Assembly: GCA_963697895.1 (NCBI GenBank)
Contig: OY969100.1
Location: forward strand, 512,001-576,000
Length of the DNA: 64,000 bases
Reading direction: 5' to 3'
Origin: an uncultured Methanomicrobiales archaeon
Lineage (GTDB): Archaea > Halobacteriota > Methanomicrobia > Methanomicrobiales > Methanospirillaceae
The notes under the pieces were generated by a model. It had not been told where the DNA came from. It saw only the letters and a list, made by a program, of their open reading frames with translations, and did no database searches. Position numbers and translations under genes: made by a program. Shown one piece after another: positions 19,014 to 29,972 of this stretch (position 1 is the stretch's first letter; every line of letters starts with the position of its first letter).

Positions 19014-19418
19014 ATGGTAATGTTGAATGCCGAGATGAAAGAGACCTTTTCAAAGGTCAAATTGTTCCCCGTCGCGACTGCTTCGAAGGCGGGGATCCCG
19101 AACGTTGCACCGATCGCGTATGTTCAGTTGATGGGGGAAGATACCATCTGGCTCGCCGATAACTTCATGCACAAGACGCTGGAGAACGTGAAGGAGAACC
19201 CGCACCTTGCGATCTATATCTATGATCCGGAGAGCAAAAACTGCTTCCAAGTAAAGGGAACCGTAACAGCGCATACCTCGGGAGCGGATTATGAAAAAAT
19301 GAAAAAAATGGTGCATGAAAAGAAACCCGAGCTCCCTGCAAAGTCCCTGATCGTCATGAAGGTGACCGATGTGTTTCAGTGTGCACCGGGTCCAAATGCA
19401 GGAAAGAAAATTTTATAG
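19014..19418 (+). CDS. Pyridoxamine 5'-phosphate oxidase-like FMN/F420-binding split-barrel protein
   Basis: VATASKAGIPNVAP, DNFMHKTLENVKENP, FQVKG, PGPNAG. Confidence 0.85.
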   Translation: MVMLNAEMKETFSKVKLFPVATASKAGIPNVAPIAYVQLMGEDTIWLADNFMHKTLENVKENPHLAIYIYDPESKNCFQVKGTVTAHTSGADYEKMKKMVHEKKPELPAKSLIVMKVTDVFQCAPGPNAGKKIL

Positions 19419-19701
19419 AAGACAATGAGGGAAGGAGTCAATCGCCTGAATATTTTTTTCCGGGCGACCGGAAACCTCCTGGCAGACTTTCCCGGAGTTG
19501 AATTGCAAACAAAAACCGAGGGATATTCTTCCGATTTGATGGCAACCAGAACCCCCCGGTCCATTCAAGTTCCCTAAAGGTCGATTGAATCTCCTGTTCC
19601 CGTTTTGGGGGATGAGAAATATCAGAAACCCGGGTTTCCGGAGTGCTGAAACTTATCGGTAGGCGGGTATTTCCTGGTGCTGCAGGAGGTTGCTTTTTTG
19701 T

Positions 19702-20896
19702 CTATGGATTATTCTGCTGTTTTTGTTGTACCATCCGGGCCTGTAGCCCATAATACGCGGATATCCCGATCGCCTGGCACTGATCAAGCGTTGTGCTATC
19801 GAACGAGACGAGATCGTCTGAATAGATGCCATATTCCGAACGACGACCGAGCACCTGCATCCCTCCTTTATAAAGTAGCAGGTCGACCGAACCGGTCACC
19901 CGTTCCTGTGTTTTTGCGATAAATGCATTAAGGGCAGCAAAGAGCGGCTCGTGAACGAGACCCCTATAGGCAAGCTCCGACCATTTGTCATCCACCATCC
20001 GTTTAAAGGCAAGCTCTTCACGGGTGAGCGTCAACCGCTCCAGATCATAGTGTGCCGCAAGGAGAACGGTTGCTGCCGGATGTTCATAAATTTCGCGTGC
20101 TTTGAGACCCAGGATCCGATCCTCGATCATATCATTCCTGCCGATTCCATGGCTTCCAGCGATCTTGTTAAGCACCTGGATCAGTTCATACCCCCCCATA
20201 TCCTTGCCATTCAGTTTAACGGGAACGCCCTTCAGAAATTCAATGGTACATTCTGCCGGTACATCAGGGGCCAATTTGGGGGATACCGTCCATCGATAGA
20301 TCTCCTCTGGGGGGTGGAACGAAGGATCTTCTAGCCTGCCCTCCCTCGATGCTCGTGCTCCAGCAGTTTTCATCGATGCTCCAGGGTTTTTCTTTCACGG
20401 CAGCAACCGGAATATGGTGCTCCCTTGCATAGGTGATCTCCCATTCCCGCGTAAGGTTAAGCTCCCGGATCGGCGCAACCACCTCAAGGCCGGCCCCCCG
20501 GATGATGAAATCGAACCGGAACTGATCATTTCCCTTACCCGTGCAGCCATGGGCGATCGCCCCTGCTCCTTCACGCTTCGCGACCCGTACCACCTCTTCT
20601 GCGATGAGCGGTCTGGCCAGGGATGTGCCCATCGGGTATCCTTCATAAGAGCCATTTGCCCTGATTGCTGCGAAGAGGTATTCATTTACAAATTTTTCAC
20701 GGGCATCGATCGTATAATGGGTGTCCGCAATCTTTTCTCCTTTTTCTGTCGCCTGACGGATTTCTTCATCCCGCTGGCCTACATGAACTGCTACGGTGAT
20801 CACCCGATCATATTCATACCGCTCTTTCAGCAGCGGTATGCAGATCGAGGTATCAAGCCCGCCCGAATAGGCGATTACGATGGTTCCTTTTCCCAT
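19702..20896 (-). CDS. argG: Argininosuccinate synthase, +1 frameshift at ~20335
   Basis: [27 protein letters not shown]...EGG/LEDP across the break, [11 protein letters not shown]. Confidence 0.93.
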
Positions 20897-21110
20897 GGTC
20901 TGGTTTCTCCCGGTTTCTTCTCAAAATGCGCCCGGTAACAGTGATCCTGGACATGGTCAGGAATCCAGGGCTGCGACGCTTTCCAAACATAATTCAGTAG
21001 TTTTCCGCAATAAAGGATGAGTATCAGAAGAAATAGCCTTGATAAGCATCCATCCACCTTTTGCTTATTTCACTTATTCGAAGAATAGCGGAACAGGCTC
21101 ATTTGAACAA

Positions 21111-24100
21111 TCAGTGGGGGCAAATTCCTCCAATATAGTGGCTAATCGGTTCTGTGGTGATCTTCTCCCTTTTGATTGCATCGATCGCTTGTGCAGCAGC
21201 GCGTGCCGCCTGAACAGTCGTGATATAGGGGATGCTATAGTCAACCGCAGCGCGCATAATCTGATAATGGTCCTGCCGGGACTGTTTATCGGTTGGGGTG
21301 TTGATGATCAGCCGGATCTCTCCCTGGCGCATCAGGTCGATCACATTCGGTGATCCTTCCTGCAGTTTCCGTATCAGATGGGCATTTACACCTGCCTCAG
21401 TGAGATATTCGACTGTCCCGGATGTGCCATAGAGGGTAAGCCCAAGCGTCTGCAATTTCCGGGCTATGGGAATCACCTCGTCCTTCTGTTCATTGTTGAC
21501 GGATATGAAGATATTTCCACGAACCGGCAATTCATTGTCCGCCGAGATCGAGGCTTTATAGTAGGCGCGACCAAAATCATAATCGATTCCCATCACTTCA
21601 CCGGTGCTCTTCATCTCAGGTCCAAGGACCGTATCCACACCCGGGAGCTTATTGAATGGCAAGAGCACCTCCTTAACCGCTACATGACAGATCGGTCGCT
21701 CCTCGTAGCCAAGTTCTTTCAGTTTCCTGCCCACCATCACCCGGGCCGCGATCTTGGCAAGCGGGAGGCCGACCGCCTTGCTCACAAAAGGGACCGTCCT
21801 GCTTGCACGGGGATTGGCCTCGAGCACGTACACAATATCGTCCTTTACTGCGAGTTGAATGTTCACGAGTCCGACCACACCCAGGCCAAGGGCGATTCGA
21901 CGGGTATGATCCCGGACACGGTCGAGAACCGACGGAGAAAGGGATTGTGTCGGGATAACGCAGGCTGAGTCTCCGCTATGGACACCGGCTTCTTCGATAT
22001 GCTCCATGATTCCCCCGATGAGGACTTCTTCCCCGTCACATACTGCATCGACGTCCAGTTCGATCGCATTCTGCAGAAAAGAGTCGATCAACACCGGATG
22101 TTTCCTGCTTACCCGTACCGCCTCTTTCATGTATCCCTCGAGTTCGATATCGTCGTGCACAATCTCCATCGCTCTGCCTCCCAGAACGTATGAAGGGCGT
22201 ACGAGAACAGGATATCCAATCTTCCGGGCCTTTTCCCGCGCCTCCTCCAGGGAATATGCCGAACTGTTTGGCGGGCTGGGGATATCCAGTTCATCCAGAA
22301 GAACGCTGAAACGGTCTCGGTCCTCCGCTATATCCATTGCATCGGGACTTGTTCCGAGGATCCGTGTGGTGAGGCCGAGCCGCTTTAACTCTTCATCGAT
22401 CGGTACCGCCAGATTGACGGCATTCTGCCCCCCGAACTGAACCATAACACCGAAGTATGTGTCTTTTTTCAGGATATTGACAATGTCCTCAAGTTGCATC
22501 GGTTCAAAGAAGAGCCGATCCGAGGTATCGAAATCAGTCGATACCGTCTCCGGATTGTTATTCACGATATGGACCTGAATGCCTTCCTCGCGAAGGGCCT
22601 TCACGGCATGCACCGTGCAATAGTCAAATTCGATCCCCTGCCCGATTCGAATCGGGCCGGAACCGAGAATCAGGACCTTCTGGCGATCATCCCGCGTGAT
22701 CTCGTCCGTATCATCCCAGGTAGAATAGAAATACGGTGTAACCGCGGGGAACTCAGCCGCACAGGTATCCACCATCTTGTAGCTGGGAGCTCCCACGATT
22801 CTCTCGATCTCCTCCCAGCTCCTCCCGGTATATTTTTGGAGTTCGGAATTGGAAAATCCGAACCTTTTCGCCATACTGAGATCTTCGACAGAGGGGGCAT
22901 CCCTAAGCCGTTTTTCCATGTCCACAATGTTCTTCATCTTCTCCAGGAAGAACGAACTGATCCTGGTCAGTTCAGCCACTTCTCCAGGGGAAAAGCCATT
23001 TCGGAGGGCATCGAAAAGGCACCCGAACCGTTCATCGGTTGGCCGGGTGAGGATCATCCGGATCTCATTCGGGTTTGTATGATGTTGTATATCTGTATCG
23101 AGTGACCTGAGCGCTTTTTTGAAGGCCTCTTCCAGGCACCGGCCGATGGCCATCACCTCTCCCGTGCTCTTCATCGCGGTGGTCAGTGTCCGGTCCGCCC
23201 CCTTGAATTTGTCGAAAGGCCACCGCGGCACCTTCACGACCACATAATCGATCGCTGGCTCAAATGACGCCGGGGTACATCCGGTTACGCTGTTTGTGAT
23301 CTCATCCAGCCGTAACCCGATAGCAATCTTTGCGGCGACCCGGGCAATCGGATACCCGGTTGCCTTGGATGCGAGTGCTGAAGATCGGGATACCCGCGGA
23401 TTGACTTCGATCACCCGGTACTCACCATCCTTATAGGCAAACTGAATGTTACAGCCACCCTGAACGTCCAGTGCACGGATAATCTTTATTGCCGCACTCC
23501 GGAGAAGCTGAAATTCATCGTCGCGGAGTGTCAGGATGGGAGCAACGACCACGCTTTCTCCGGTATGGATTCCCATCGGGTCGACGTTCTCCATCCCGCA
23601 GACCGTAATGCAGGTGTCATCGGCATCCCGCATCACCTCGAACTCGATCTCCTTCCAGCCGACAACACTCTCCTCAATCAGTACCTGGTGGATACGAGAG
23701 CGGTTAAGGCCGATTTCGACTATTCTGACCATCTCATCCCGGGTGTGAGCAATCCCTCCCCCAGCGCCCCCGAGTGTATATGCGGGACGGATGATTGCGG
23801 GAAGCCCGACCTCCGCAATCGCCCGGTCGATATCCTCCATACGGTTCAAGATCATGCTGGTCGGGACCGGCTCCTCTATCCGTTTCATCAGGTCGCGGAA
23901 CTTCTCGCGGTCCTCGCCCTGATAGATCGCCTCGAGAGGCGTGCCAAGTATCTCGACACCCTGGAGTGCTCCCTTTTCGGCAAGTTCCGCAGTAAGATTC
24001 AGGCCGGTCTGGCCCCCCATCCCGGAGAGAATTCCATCGGGCTTCTCCTTCTCGATGATGCGGGCAATCGTCTCTGCCCGCAGGGGCTCGATATAGATCT

Positions 24101-24287
24101 CGTCGGCCATCTCGGGATCTGTCTGGATGGTTGCGGGATTGGAGTTCACCAGGACGACCCTCACCCCTTCTTCCCGGAGAGCACGGCATGCCTGAGAGCC
24201 GGAGAAATCGAACTCTGCGGCTTGTCCAATCTGGATCGGTCCTGATCCGATCAAAAGGACGGTTTTGATGTGCGGTTTCTTGGGCAT
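21111..24287 (-). CDS. carB: Carbamoyl-phosphate synthase large subunit
   Basis: GSGPIQIGQAAEFDFSG, EVNPRVSRSS, duplicated ATP-grasp domains, MGS tail. Confidence 0.97.
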   Translation of the reverse strand: MPKKPHIKTVLLIGSGPIQIGQAAEFDFSGSQACRALREEGVRVVLVNSNPATIQTDPEMADEIYIEPLRAETIARIIEKEKPDGILSGMGGQTGLNLTAELAEKGALQGVEILGTPLEAIYQGEDREKFRDLMKRIEEPVPTSMILNRMEDIDRAIAEVGLPAIIRPAYTLGGAGGGIAHTRDEMVRIVEIGLNRSRIHQVLIEESVVGWKEIEFEVMRDADDTCITVCGMENVDPMGIHTGESVVVAPILTLRDDEFQLLRSAAIKIIRALDVQGGCNIQFAYKDGEYRVIEVNPRVSRSSALASKATGYPIARVAAKIAIGLRLDEITNSVTGCTPASFEPAIDYVVVKVPRWPFDKFKGADRTLTTAMKSTGEVMAIGRCLEEAFKKALRSLDTDIQHHTNPNEIRMILTRPTDERFGCLFDALRNGFSPGEVAELTRISSFFLEKMKNIVDMEKRLRDAPSVEDLSMAKRFGFSNSELQKYTGRSWEEIERIVGAPSYKMVDTCAAEFPAVTPYFYSTWDDTDEITRDDRQKVLILGSGPIRIGQGIEFDYCTVHAVKALREEGIQVHIVNNNPETVSTDFDTSDRLFFEPMQLEDIVNILKKDTYFGVMVQFGGQNAVNLAVPIDEELKRLGLTTRILGTSPDAMDIAEDRDRFSVLLDELDIPSPPNSSAYSLEEAREKARKIGYPVLVRPSYVLGGRAMEIVHDDIELEGYMKEAVRVSRKHPVLIDSFLQNAIELDVDAVCDGEEVLIGGIMEHIEEAGVHSGDSACVIPTQSLSPSVLDRVRDHTRRIALGLGVVGLVNIQLAVKDDIVYVLEANPRASRTVPFVSKAVGLPLAKIAARVMVGRKLKELGYEERPICHVAVKEVLLPFNKLPGVDTVLGPEMKSTGEVMGIDYDFGRAYYKASISADNELPVRGNIFISVNNEQKDEVIPIARKLQTLGLTLYGTSGTVEYLTEAGVNAHLIRKLQEGSPNVIDLMRQGEIRLIINTPTDKQSRQDHYQIMRAAVDYSIPYITTVQAARAAAQAIDAIKREKITTEPISHYIGGICPH

Positions 24288-25342
24288 CAGCCTATCCTCC
24301 GGAACATGGCATCGAAGAAGTGGCTTTCTGTATCGCGTGGGCCTCCGTGCGCTTCCGGGTGGAACTGCACGCAGGTCACATTGAGATACGGATCCACGAA
24401 ACCTTCGAGGGTACCATCATTTACATTTGCATGGGAGATCCTGCACCCTTCCGGTAACGTATCCGCGGCAACCGCGAACCCGTGATTCTGCGTGGTGATG
24501 TAAATGCTGCCGTCTGTGAAACGGACCGGCTGGTTCGTTCCCCTATGACCAAATTTCATCTTATAGGTCTCTCCTCCGAGTGCGAGACCGCATACCTGAA
24601 TGCCCATGCAGATTCCAAAGATCGGGAGTGTTCCCACCATATTCCGAACACACTTCACCGCATGGGTTGCGTGAACAGGGTCACCAGGTCCGTTGCTGAT
24701 AAAAAGGGCATCGGGCTGGCAGGCTTCAACGTCGCCCACGGAGGCGTTATAGGGGAATACATACACGTCAGCATCCCGTTTCCTGAGACTTACAACCATA
24801 TTCTTCTTTATTCCCAGATCGAGGATCGCAATCCGCTTTCCCCGGCCGGCGACGTGATACGGGGCACTACAGGATACGGCAGGAATCAGGTCTTCTTCTG
24901 AGATCGGGGGTACTTTTGTTGCCTGTTCAACTGCATATGTACCATCATCGCTCCCAACGACCAGTGCTGCGCGGAGCGTCCCCTGCACTCTTGTTTTGAT
25001 CGTGAGCATCCGGGTATCCACCCTCTGGATCCCGAGGAGTCCCTGTTCTTCAAAAAATGAGGAAAGAGATGGTTGATGCTCGGGATTCCGGCAAATTTCA
25101 CGTGCAACGCATCCCAGGGACCAGACGCGGGGATGTTGAAAATTGTTGCTGTCTACCCCGTAATTGCCGATCATCGGGTAGGTAAACATCAGGATCTGGC
25201 CATGGTAACTGGGATCGGTCATCGCTTCCATGTACCCTGTCATCTGGGTAGAAAAGACCAGTTCACCTGAACATTCTCCTTCCCCGCCAAACCCTTCCCC
25301 GAACACATAGGTCCCGTCCTCAAGACCCAGAACCGCCCTCAT
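24287..25342 (-). CDS. carA: Carbamoyl-phosphate synthase small subunit
   Basis: MRAVLGLEDG, TDPSYHGQ, SNGPGDP, GICMG, QFHPEAHGGP. Confidence 0.96.
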   Translation of the reverse strand: MRAVLGLEDGTYVFGEGFGGEGECSGELVFSTQMTGYMEAMTDPSYHGQILMFTYPMIGNYGVDSNNFQHPRVWSLGCVAREICRNPEHQPSLSSFFEEQGLLGIQRVDTRMLTIKTRVQGTLRAALVVGSDDGTYAVEQATKVPPISEEDLIPAVSCSAPYHVAGRGKRIAILDLGIKKNMVVSLRKRDADVYVFPYNASVGDVEACQPDALFISNGPGDPVHATHAVKCVRNMVGTLPIFGICMGIQVCGLALGGETYKMKFGHRGTNQPVRFTDGSIYITTQNHGFAVAADTLPEGCRISHANVNDGTLEGFVDPYLNVTCVQFHPEAHGGPRDTESHFFDAMFRRIG

Positions 25343-25659
25343 AATTTCCATATTTATTTTGTTTAACAACTATAATAATGCGAGGATTAGGAAAAAATAA
25401 ACAAAATGCTGTCGAATAGAATCCAGTACGAAATGCCGGATGGGATCATCGGGACATTCAATGAATAGCACTGTTATTCGCACATACTTCGGAATAAAGG
25501 TTGTATGTTCAGTAATAGGGCATGAATCTGTCATCGAACCGATCCGGCCGTACGATGCATCTTTGAAAGCCCATCGCACTCGATCTCCGGGAAAAGGCCA
25601 TTTTCCCCGATTATCGGGAAAAGTAAAGATTAAAGATAAAAAAATGTTAATAAACACGC

Positions 25660-26205
25660 ATGGCTGTTCCAACAAAGTGTTTCTTCACAAAGGGGGTGGG
25701 AGTTCACAAAGATCGTCTGGCTTCATTCGAGCTGGCATTGAGACGGGCAGGGATCGAGCGGTATAATCTGGTGTATGTCTCGAGTATATTTCCCCCGAAT
25801 TGCAGGATCATTGCGATGGAGGAGGGAATGGAACTCCTTGAGCCGGGAGAGATCACATTTGTTGTAATGGCGAAGAATGACACAAATGAACCTAATCGAC
25901 TCATATCAGCAGCAATAGGTCTTGCACTCCCAAAGGATACCCATGAGTATGGATATCTCTCAGAACACCACGCATACGGCGAAACGGCAGAAATAACTGG
26001 GGAATATGCCGAGGATCTTGCCGCAACCATGCTTGCGTCCACGTTTGGTATAGAATTCGATATCAACCAGGCCTGGCAGGAACGGGAACAGATCTATAAA
26101 GCAAGCGGGAAGATAATTCGCACGACTCATTCCTGTCAGTCAGCAACCGGTGATGAAACGGGGAGATGGACGACGGTGATCTCCGCGGCGGTGTTTGTCG
26201 ATTAA
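25660..26205 (+). CDS. pdaD: Pyruvoyl-dependent arginine decarboxylase
   Basis: [25 protein letters not shown] (Ser-Ser cleavage site), GYLSEHH. Confidence 0.9.
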   Translation: MAVPTKCFFTKGVGVHKDRLASFELALRRAGIERYNLVYVSSIFPPNCRIIAMEEGMELLEPGEITFVVMAKNDTNEPNRLISAAIGLALPKDTHEYGYLSEHHAYGETAEITGEYAEDLAATMLASTFGIEFDINQAWQEREQIYKASGKIIRTTHSCQSATGDETGRWTTVISAAVFVD

Positions 26206-26324
26206 ACAGGTAAATCCCGCCCTTTCGGCCACTATTTCTGATCCTGATCTTCCCGACCTGCAATGTCCGATTTCTATATGTATATAAAAACCACACACCT
26301 TAAATCCCAATATCTGGAAGGAGC

Positions 26325-26522
26325 ATGCAAATGAGCAGTGATCGCTGTGTATTGCGATATAAATGCCTGGAATGTGCGTATATCTATGATCCTGCCAAGG
26401 GAGATCCCCGGCACGGAATTCCCCCTGGCACACCATTTGAAGAGCTTCCAGCGAAATGGAAATGTCCGGAATGCTGTATTAGTATCCAAAAAAAAGGAGT
26501 CTTCAAGAAGATGGACGAATAA
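26325..26522 (+). CDS. Rubredoxin
   Basis: [12 protein letters not shown]...[20 protein letters not shown]. Confidence 0.9.
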   Translation: MQMSSDRCVLRYKCLECAYIYDPAKGDPRHGIPPGTPFEELPAKWKCPECCISIQKKGVFKKMDE

Positions 26523-26682
26523 TCTTTCAGATCCAGAAAGATATTTATACCCCTGACTTGCAGCTAAAAACAGGAGGATATCCCCTTCACCATGGGAGAT
26601 TCGTATAACACCGTGTTGATCACTCGGGATTTCTCACTTGCCGATCGGGCAGGAGACCGGAGTTCTGCCCTTCTGATATATA

Positions 26683-27279
26683 TCACCGGTCTTCCCTTCC
26701 ATTCATCTGCTTCAGATCGGCCAGCCTGTTAATGTTGGTAAAGGTCTCAAGAGTTGGGTCAAGATCGCGAATCTCCCGGACATCGATATACCGGGCATGG
26801 AGGCCTTTTACCAGAGACCGGAGGGAGAGACCTTCGTGGTAGTCGAGATATGCCAGAAGCGGCGCACGCCTATACACCGCGTGGAGAGGTTCGAGCATCT
26901 CCTCGTTCCAAGAGGGAATAACGGCATCATATCCGTCAATCATACGAAAGAGCAATTCGATAACCTCCCCGTTGATGCAGGGCATATCACAGGCGGATAC
27001 GAAAAGAAGATCTCCCTTCGCCGCAAGCGCACCCGCCTGGAGACCCCCGACCGGACCGATACCCCGGCGGATATCGGTTACACACCTGATGCCGGGGATA
27101 TCCCGGAATCGCTCGCACTGTTCAGGATCCTTTGCCACTAGGATGATCTCCTCAACAACCCCGGAGAGCGTTCTGATCATCCGATCAATAAACCGTTCAC
27201 CGCGGTAGCGGAAGAAGTATTTCTCCTTCCCTTCCGCACGACGGGCCTCACCCCCCACCAGTACGATCCCGGATCTCAC
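26683..27279 (-). CDS. mobA: Molybdenum cofactor guanylyltransferase
   Basis: LVGGEARR..K, GPVGG, ACDMP, EPLHAVY, FTNIN. Confidence 0.88.
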   Translation of the reverse strand: MRSGIVLVGGEARRAEGKEKYFFRYRGERFIDRMIRTLSGVVEEIILVAKDPEQCERFRDIPGIRCVTDIRRGIGPVGGLQAGALAAKGDLLFVSACDMPCINGEVIELLFRMIDGYDAVIPSWNEEMLEPLHAVYRRAPLLAYLDYHEGLSLRSLVKGLHARYIDVREIRDLDPTLETFTNINRLADLKQMNGREDR

Positions 27280-27480
27280 TTATTCACCCCTTAAATTCAG
27301 ATTTAGCCAAGAGAACACCAAAAATCACATTCATATAAATCCTCTTCATGGCAATCCGGTAGCAATTTCCTGATGTCTTCCCGACCCTGCTCGAGTTGGT
27401 GATATCAGGTATCGGGCCTGAAACCTTGATCGGAAGGATTCGCATCCTCCGGCGTATACGTAAGATACTGGAAAAGGCGT

Positions 27481-27918
27481 TCATGGGGTCCCTTTTCTTT
27501 CGAGGGCCTTGAGGGCAATTTTTATCTCGATCGCGGGAGTAAAACCCCCCGGGCCGGATTTCGCAACCACCCGGTGACAGGGGATGAGGAGCGGGGTGGG
27601 ATTGCGTTTCATTGCCTGCCCTACCGCCCGGGGTGTGCTACCGCACTCCCGGGCGATTTCTCCATACGTGACCGAAGCCCCGTAGGGAATTCCCTGTACA
27701 ATACGATAGATGAGTGCATACGGGGAACCATCCATAATTGCAATGCTGACCAGCGGATTGAGGTCTCTTGCCCTGCCGGAAAGGAACTTCCGGAGGGGAA
27801 CCGGTACGGGACCGGGAAGTGGTACCTGGGAAAAACGCACCTGATACACCAGATTGCCGGACCATCGGATATGGACAAACCAGAGGCCGAACCGGCACGA
27901 CCCCTCCATTACCTCCAT
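27481..27918 (-). CDS. ogt: Methylated-DNA--protein-cysteine methyltransferase (MGMT/Ogt)
   Basis: IPYGASVTYGEIA, PRAVGQAM, IPCHRVV active site. Confidence 0.9.
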   Translation of the reverse strand: MEVMEGSCRFGLWFVHIRWSGNLVYQVRFSQVPLPGPVPVPLRKFLSGRARDLNPLVSIAIMDGSPYALIYRIVQGIPYGASVTYGEIARECGSTPRAVGQAMKRNPTPLLIPCHRVVAKSGPGGFTPAIEIKIALKALERKGTP

Positions 27919-29921
27919 GATGCAAGCACCCTGCCGAATGTATCAACCTGTACATCGACCAATTCAGAACGTATCCATTCCGGCAAAGCAGCCCTGATCC
28001 GCGGCTCAAGGAACCGGCGGTCGCCGAAGACAAGAACACCCCGATCCTCCGGAGTGCGTAATACCCGTCCGAGCGCCTGGAGTGCGCGATTCAGTGCAGG
28101 AAGGGTATAACTGATGAATTCTCCTTCGTCGCCGAACTTATGCCGGAAGTATTCGATGATCATCTGTCTTACCCGGTTGAATGGTGCGAGAGGGAGACCA
28201 ATCACCATCGCACCGGAGAGCATCTCTCCCCGATAATCCAGCCCCTCGCTCCACTTGCCCCCGCAGACAGCAAGTAGAATCCCGGAATCACCCCGGGAAG
28301 GAAGGGAGAGGAATGTCTTGAGCGCGATATCCGCTTCGCGGGCATCTTTCGATTCAATAAAGAACTGTTTTTTCCGTATCATCGGGGCCACCTTCGTGGC
28401 AAATGCATCCAGGATCTGGTATGAAGGAAAATAGATCGCGAGATTGCCGGGAAGTGTAGAGAACGCGACGATGGATGAGATAATTCGTGCATTATTTTCT
28501 TTGTCCTGGCGGAGAGAATATGCAGTTGTAATATCGGTCATGCAGACGATCAGCCTCCGTTCGCGGGGAAACGCATTTGGGAGCGAACAGCAGGTGACCG
28601 GGAGATCATCAAAATAATACCGTTTGTAACTCGCAACGGGAGAAAGTGTCCCGGAGATAAGGATACTGCAATGGTGTGCACCGGTTAGTTCTCGGAGCCG
28701 GGTCCCGGGATCGATATTCCGGACCTCCAGCCTGATCTCCCCCTCTTCTTTCCTATAGAGGGTGAGGTATGCAGGATCGGCGGCTGACTGGGAGAGACGG
28801 AAGAAAAACTCAGTCAGGAGTTCGATCGCGGTCTCCCGGTACTCTCCTGCCCTTATGGCATTCTCCCGTACCTTCTCACTCATTCGCATCAGATCCTCGA
28901 CAATTGCCTCCATTGAAGGGTATAATGATCCCCTGACGACCATACGATCGAAGATGGCGGCATCGAACCAGTCTTCCTGTTCATCCGAATTCTTCAATCC
29001 GTCCATAAATCGTGAAATTCCCGGGAGGAGGTGGAGAACAGCATCTACCCCCTTGAAGCTCTTTTTGAGCTGTGAAAGGTCACGAGTTACCTGTTGGAGC
29101 ATGGATTCGGAAAGAGTCACACTCTGTATGCTTTGCATAACCTCCCCACAGTTATGTGCCTCATCGAGAAGGAGGAGAACATCCTGGGGTTCGATCATGA
29201 GGGAGGTATAGAGTTGACCGCGAATATCATCGGCAAAGAGGTGATGATAATTGACCACGACCACGTCGGCCCGCTGGGCGGCATACACCATCATCTCATA
29301 CGGGCATATGCCGGACGAGAGATCGTTCAACTGATGCGGGAGGATCTGTTCCGAATTCACCCGTTCCGCCCGGGTCCTAACCGCGGCCGAGGGAACCAGT
29401 TTCAACCCCGCACCATCGGCCTGGATAAATACCCTGCTCTGGATGAAATAAGGGCATAGCAAGGGATGTGAACGGTCCATCCTTCGGATCTGTTGTTGCA
29501 CGACCGGATCCTTTGCAGGGATCAGGGAGCCTGCTTCAGCCCTTTGCCGGATCAGGTTCATAGTATAGGCTTTTACCCCTTCACAGCGACGGTAGACGTC
29601 GCCCTCTCCACTAAGGGGACACAAATGGGATTTCCCTATCAGATATGCTGATTTAAGGCTTGGCTGTTTCTTCCGGATCATCGCAATTTCGCGGATAAAA
29701 GTATTCAACTGGCTGATGGTGCGCACGGCCACGATCACTTTCTTACCGTTCCGTTCCGAGAGCAACGCAGACAAACTGCTAGATTTTCCGCTCCCGGTCG
29801 GGGCATCGATCATCACAATTCCCCCCTCACGCGCATTTTTTGCCACAACCTCCAGCATCGCTCGCTGATGAGGGCGGTAGTTCGGGTACGGAAACCAGTC
29901 GTCCAGCTTGTCCATCATCAT
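27909..29921 (-). CDS. XPD/Rad3/DinG-family Fe-S DNA helicase
   Basis: RPHQ, APTGSGKS, Fe-S Cys (CP..C..CPY..CPY), DEAHN, SEGLD, QALGRVLR. Confidence 0.9.
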   Translation of the reverse strand: MMMDKLDDWFPYPNYRPHQRAMLEVVAKNAREGGIVMIDAPTGSGKSSSLSALLSERNGKKVIVAVRTISQLNTFIREIAMIRKKQPSLKSAYLIGKSHLCPLSGEGDVYRRCEGVKAYTMNLIRQRAEAGSLIPAKDPVVQQQIRRMDRSHPLLCPYFIQSRVFIQADGAGLKLVPSAAVRTRAERVNSEQILPHQLNDLSSGICPYEMMVYAAQRADVVVVNYHHLFADDIRGQLYTSLMIEPQDVLLLLDEAHNCGEVMQSIQSVTLSESMLQQVTRDLSQLKKSFKGVDAVLHLLPGISRFMDGLKNSDEQEDWFDAAIFDRMVVRGSLYPSMEAIVEDLMRMSEKVRENAIRAGEYRETAIELLTEFFFRLSQSAADPAYLTLYRKEEGEIRLEVRNIDPGTRLRELTGAHHCSILISGTLSPVASYKRYYFDDLPVTCCSLPNAFPRERRLIVCMTDITTAYSLRQDKENNARIISSIVAFSTLPGNLAIYFPSYQILDAFATKVAPMIRKKQFFIESKDAREADIALKTFLSLPSRGDSGILLAVCGGKWSEGLDYRGEMLSGAMVIGLPLAPFNRVRQMIIEYFRHKFGDEGEFISYTLPALNRALQALGRVLRTPEDRGVLVFGDRRFLEPRIRAALPEWIRSELVDVQVDTFGRVLASWR

Positions 29922-29972
29922 ATGATTCGTGTGTTAACTGATTTTATTATTGGAGAACGCGAAATATGTCTC

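Noticed and set aside
19702-20896. argG (and pan, nfnB, decarboxylase, META) as pseudogenes or programmed frameshifts
   Set aside because: Single clean insertions with no slippery heptamers or other decay; the shared AGCT context points to a sequencing artefact
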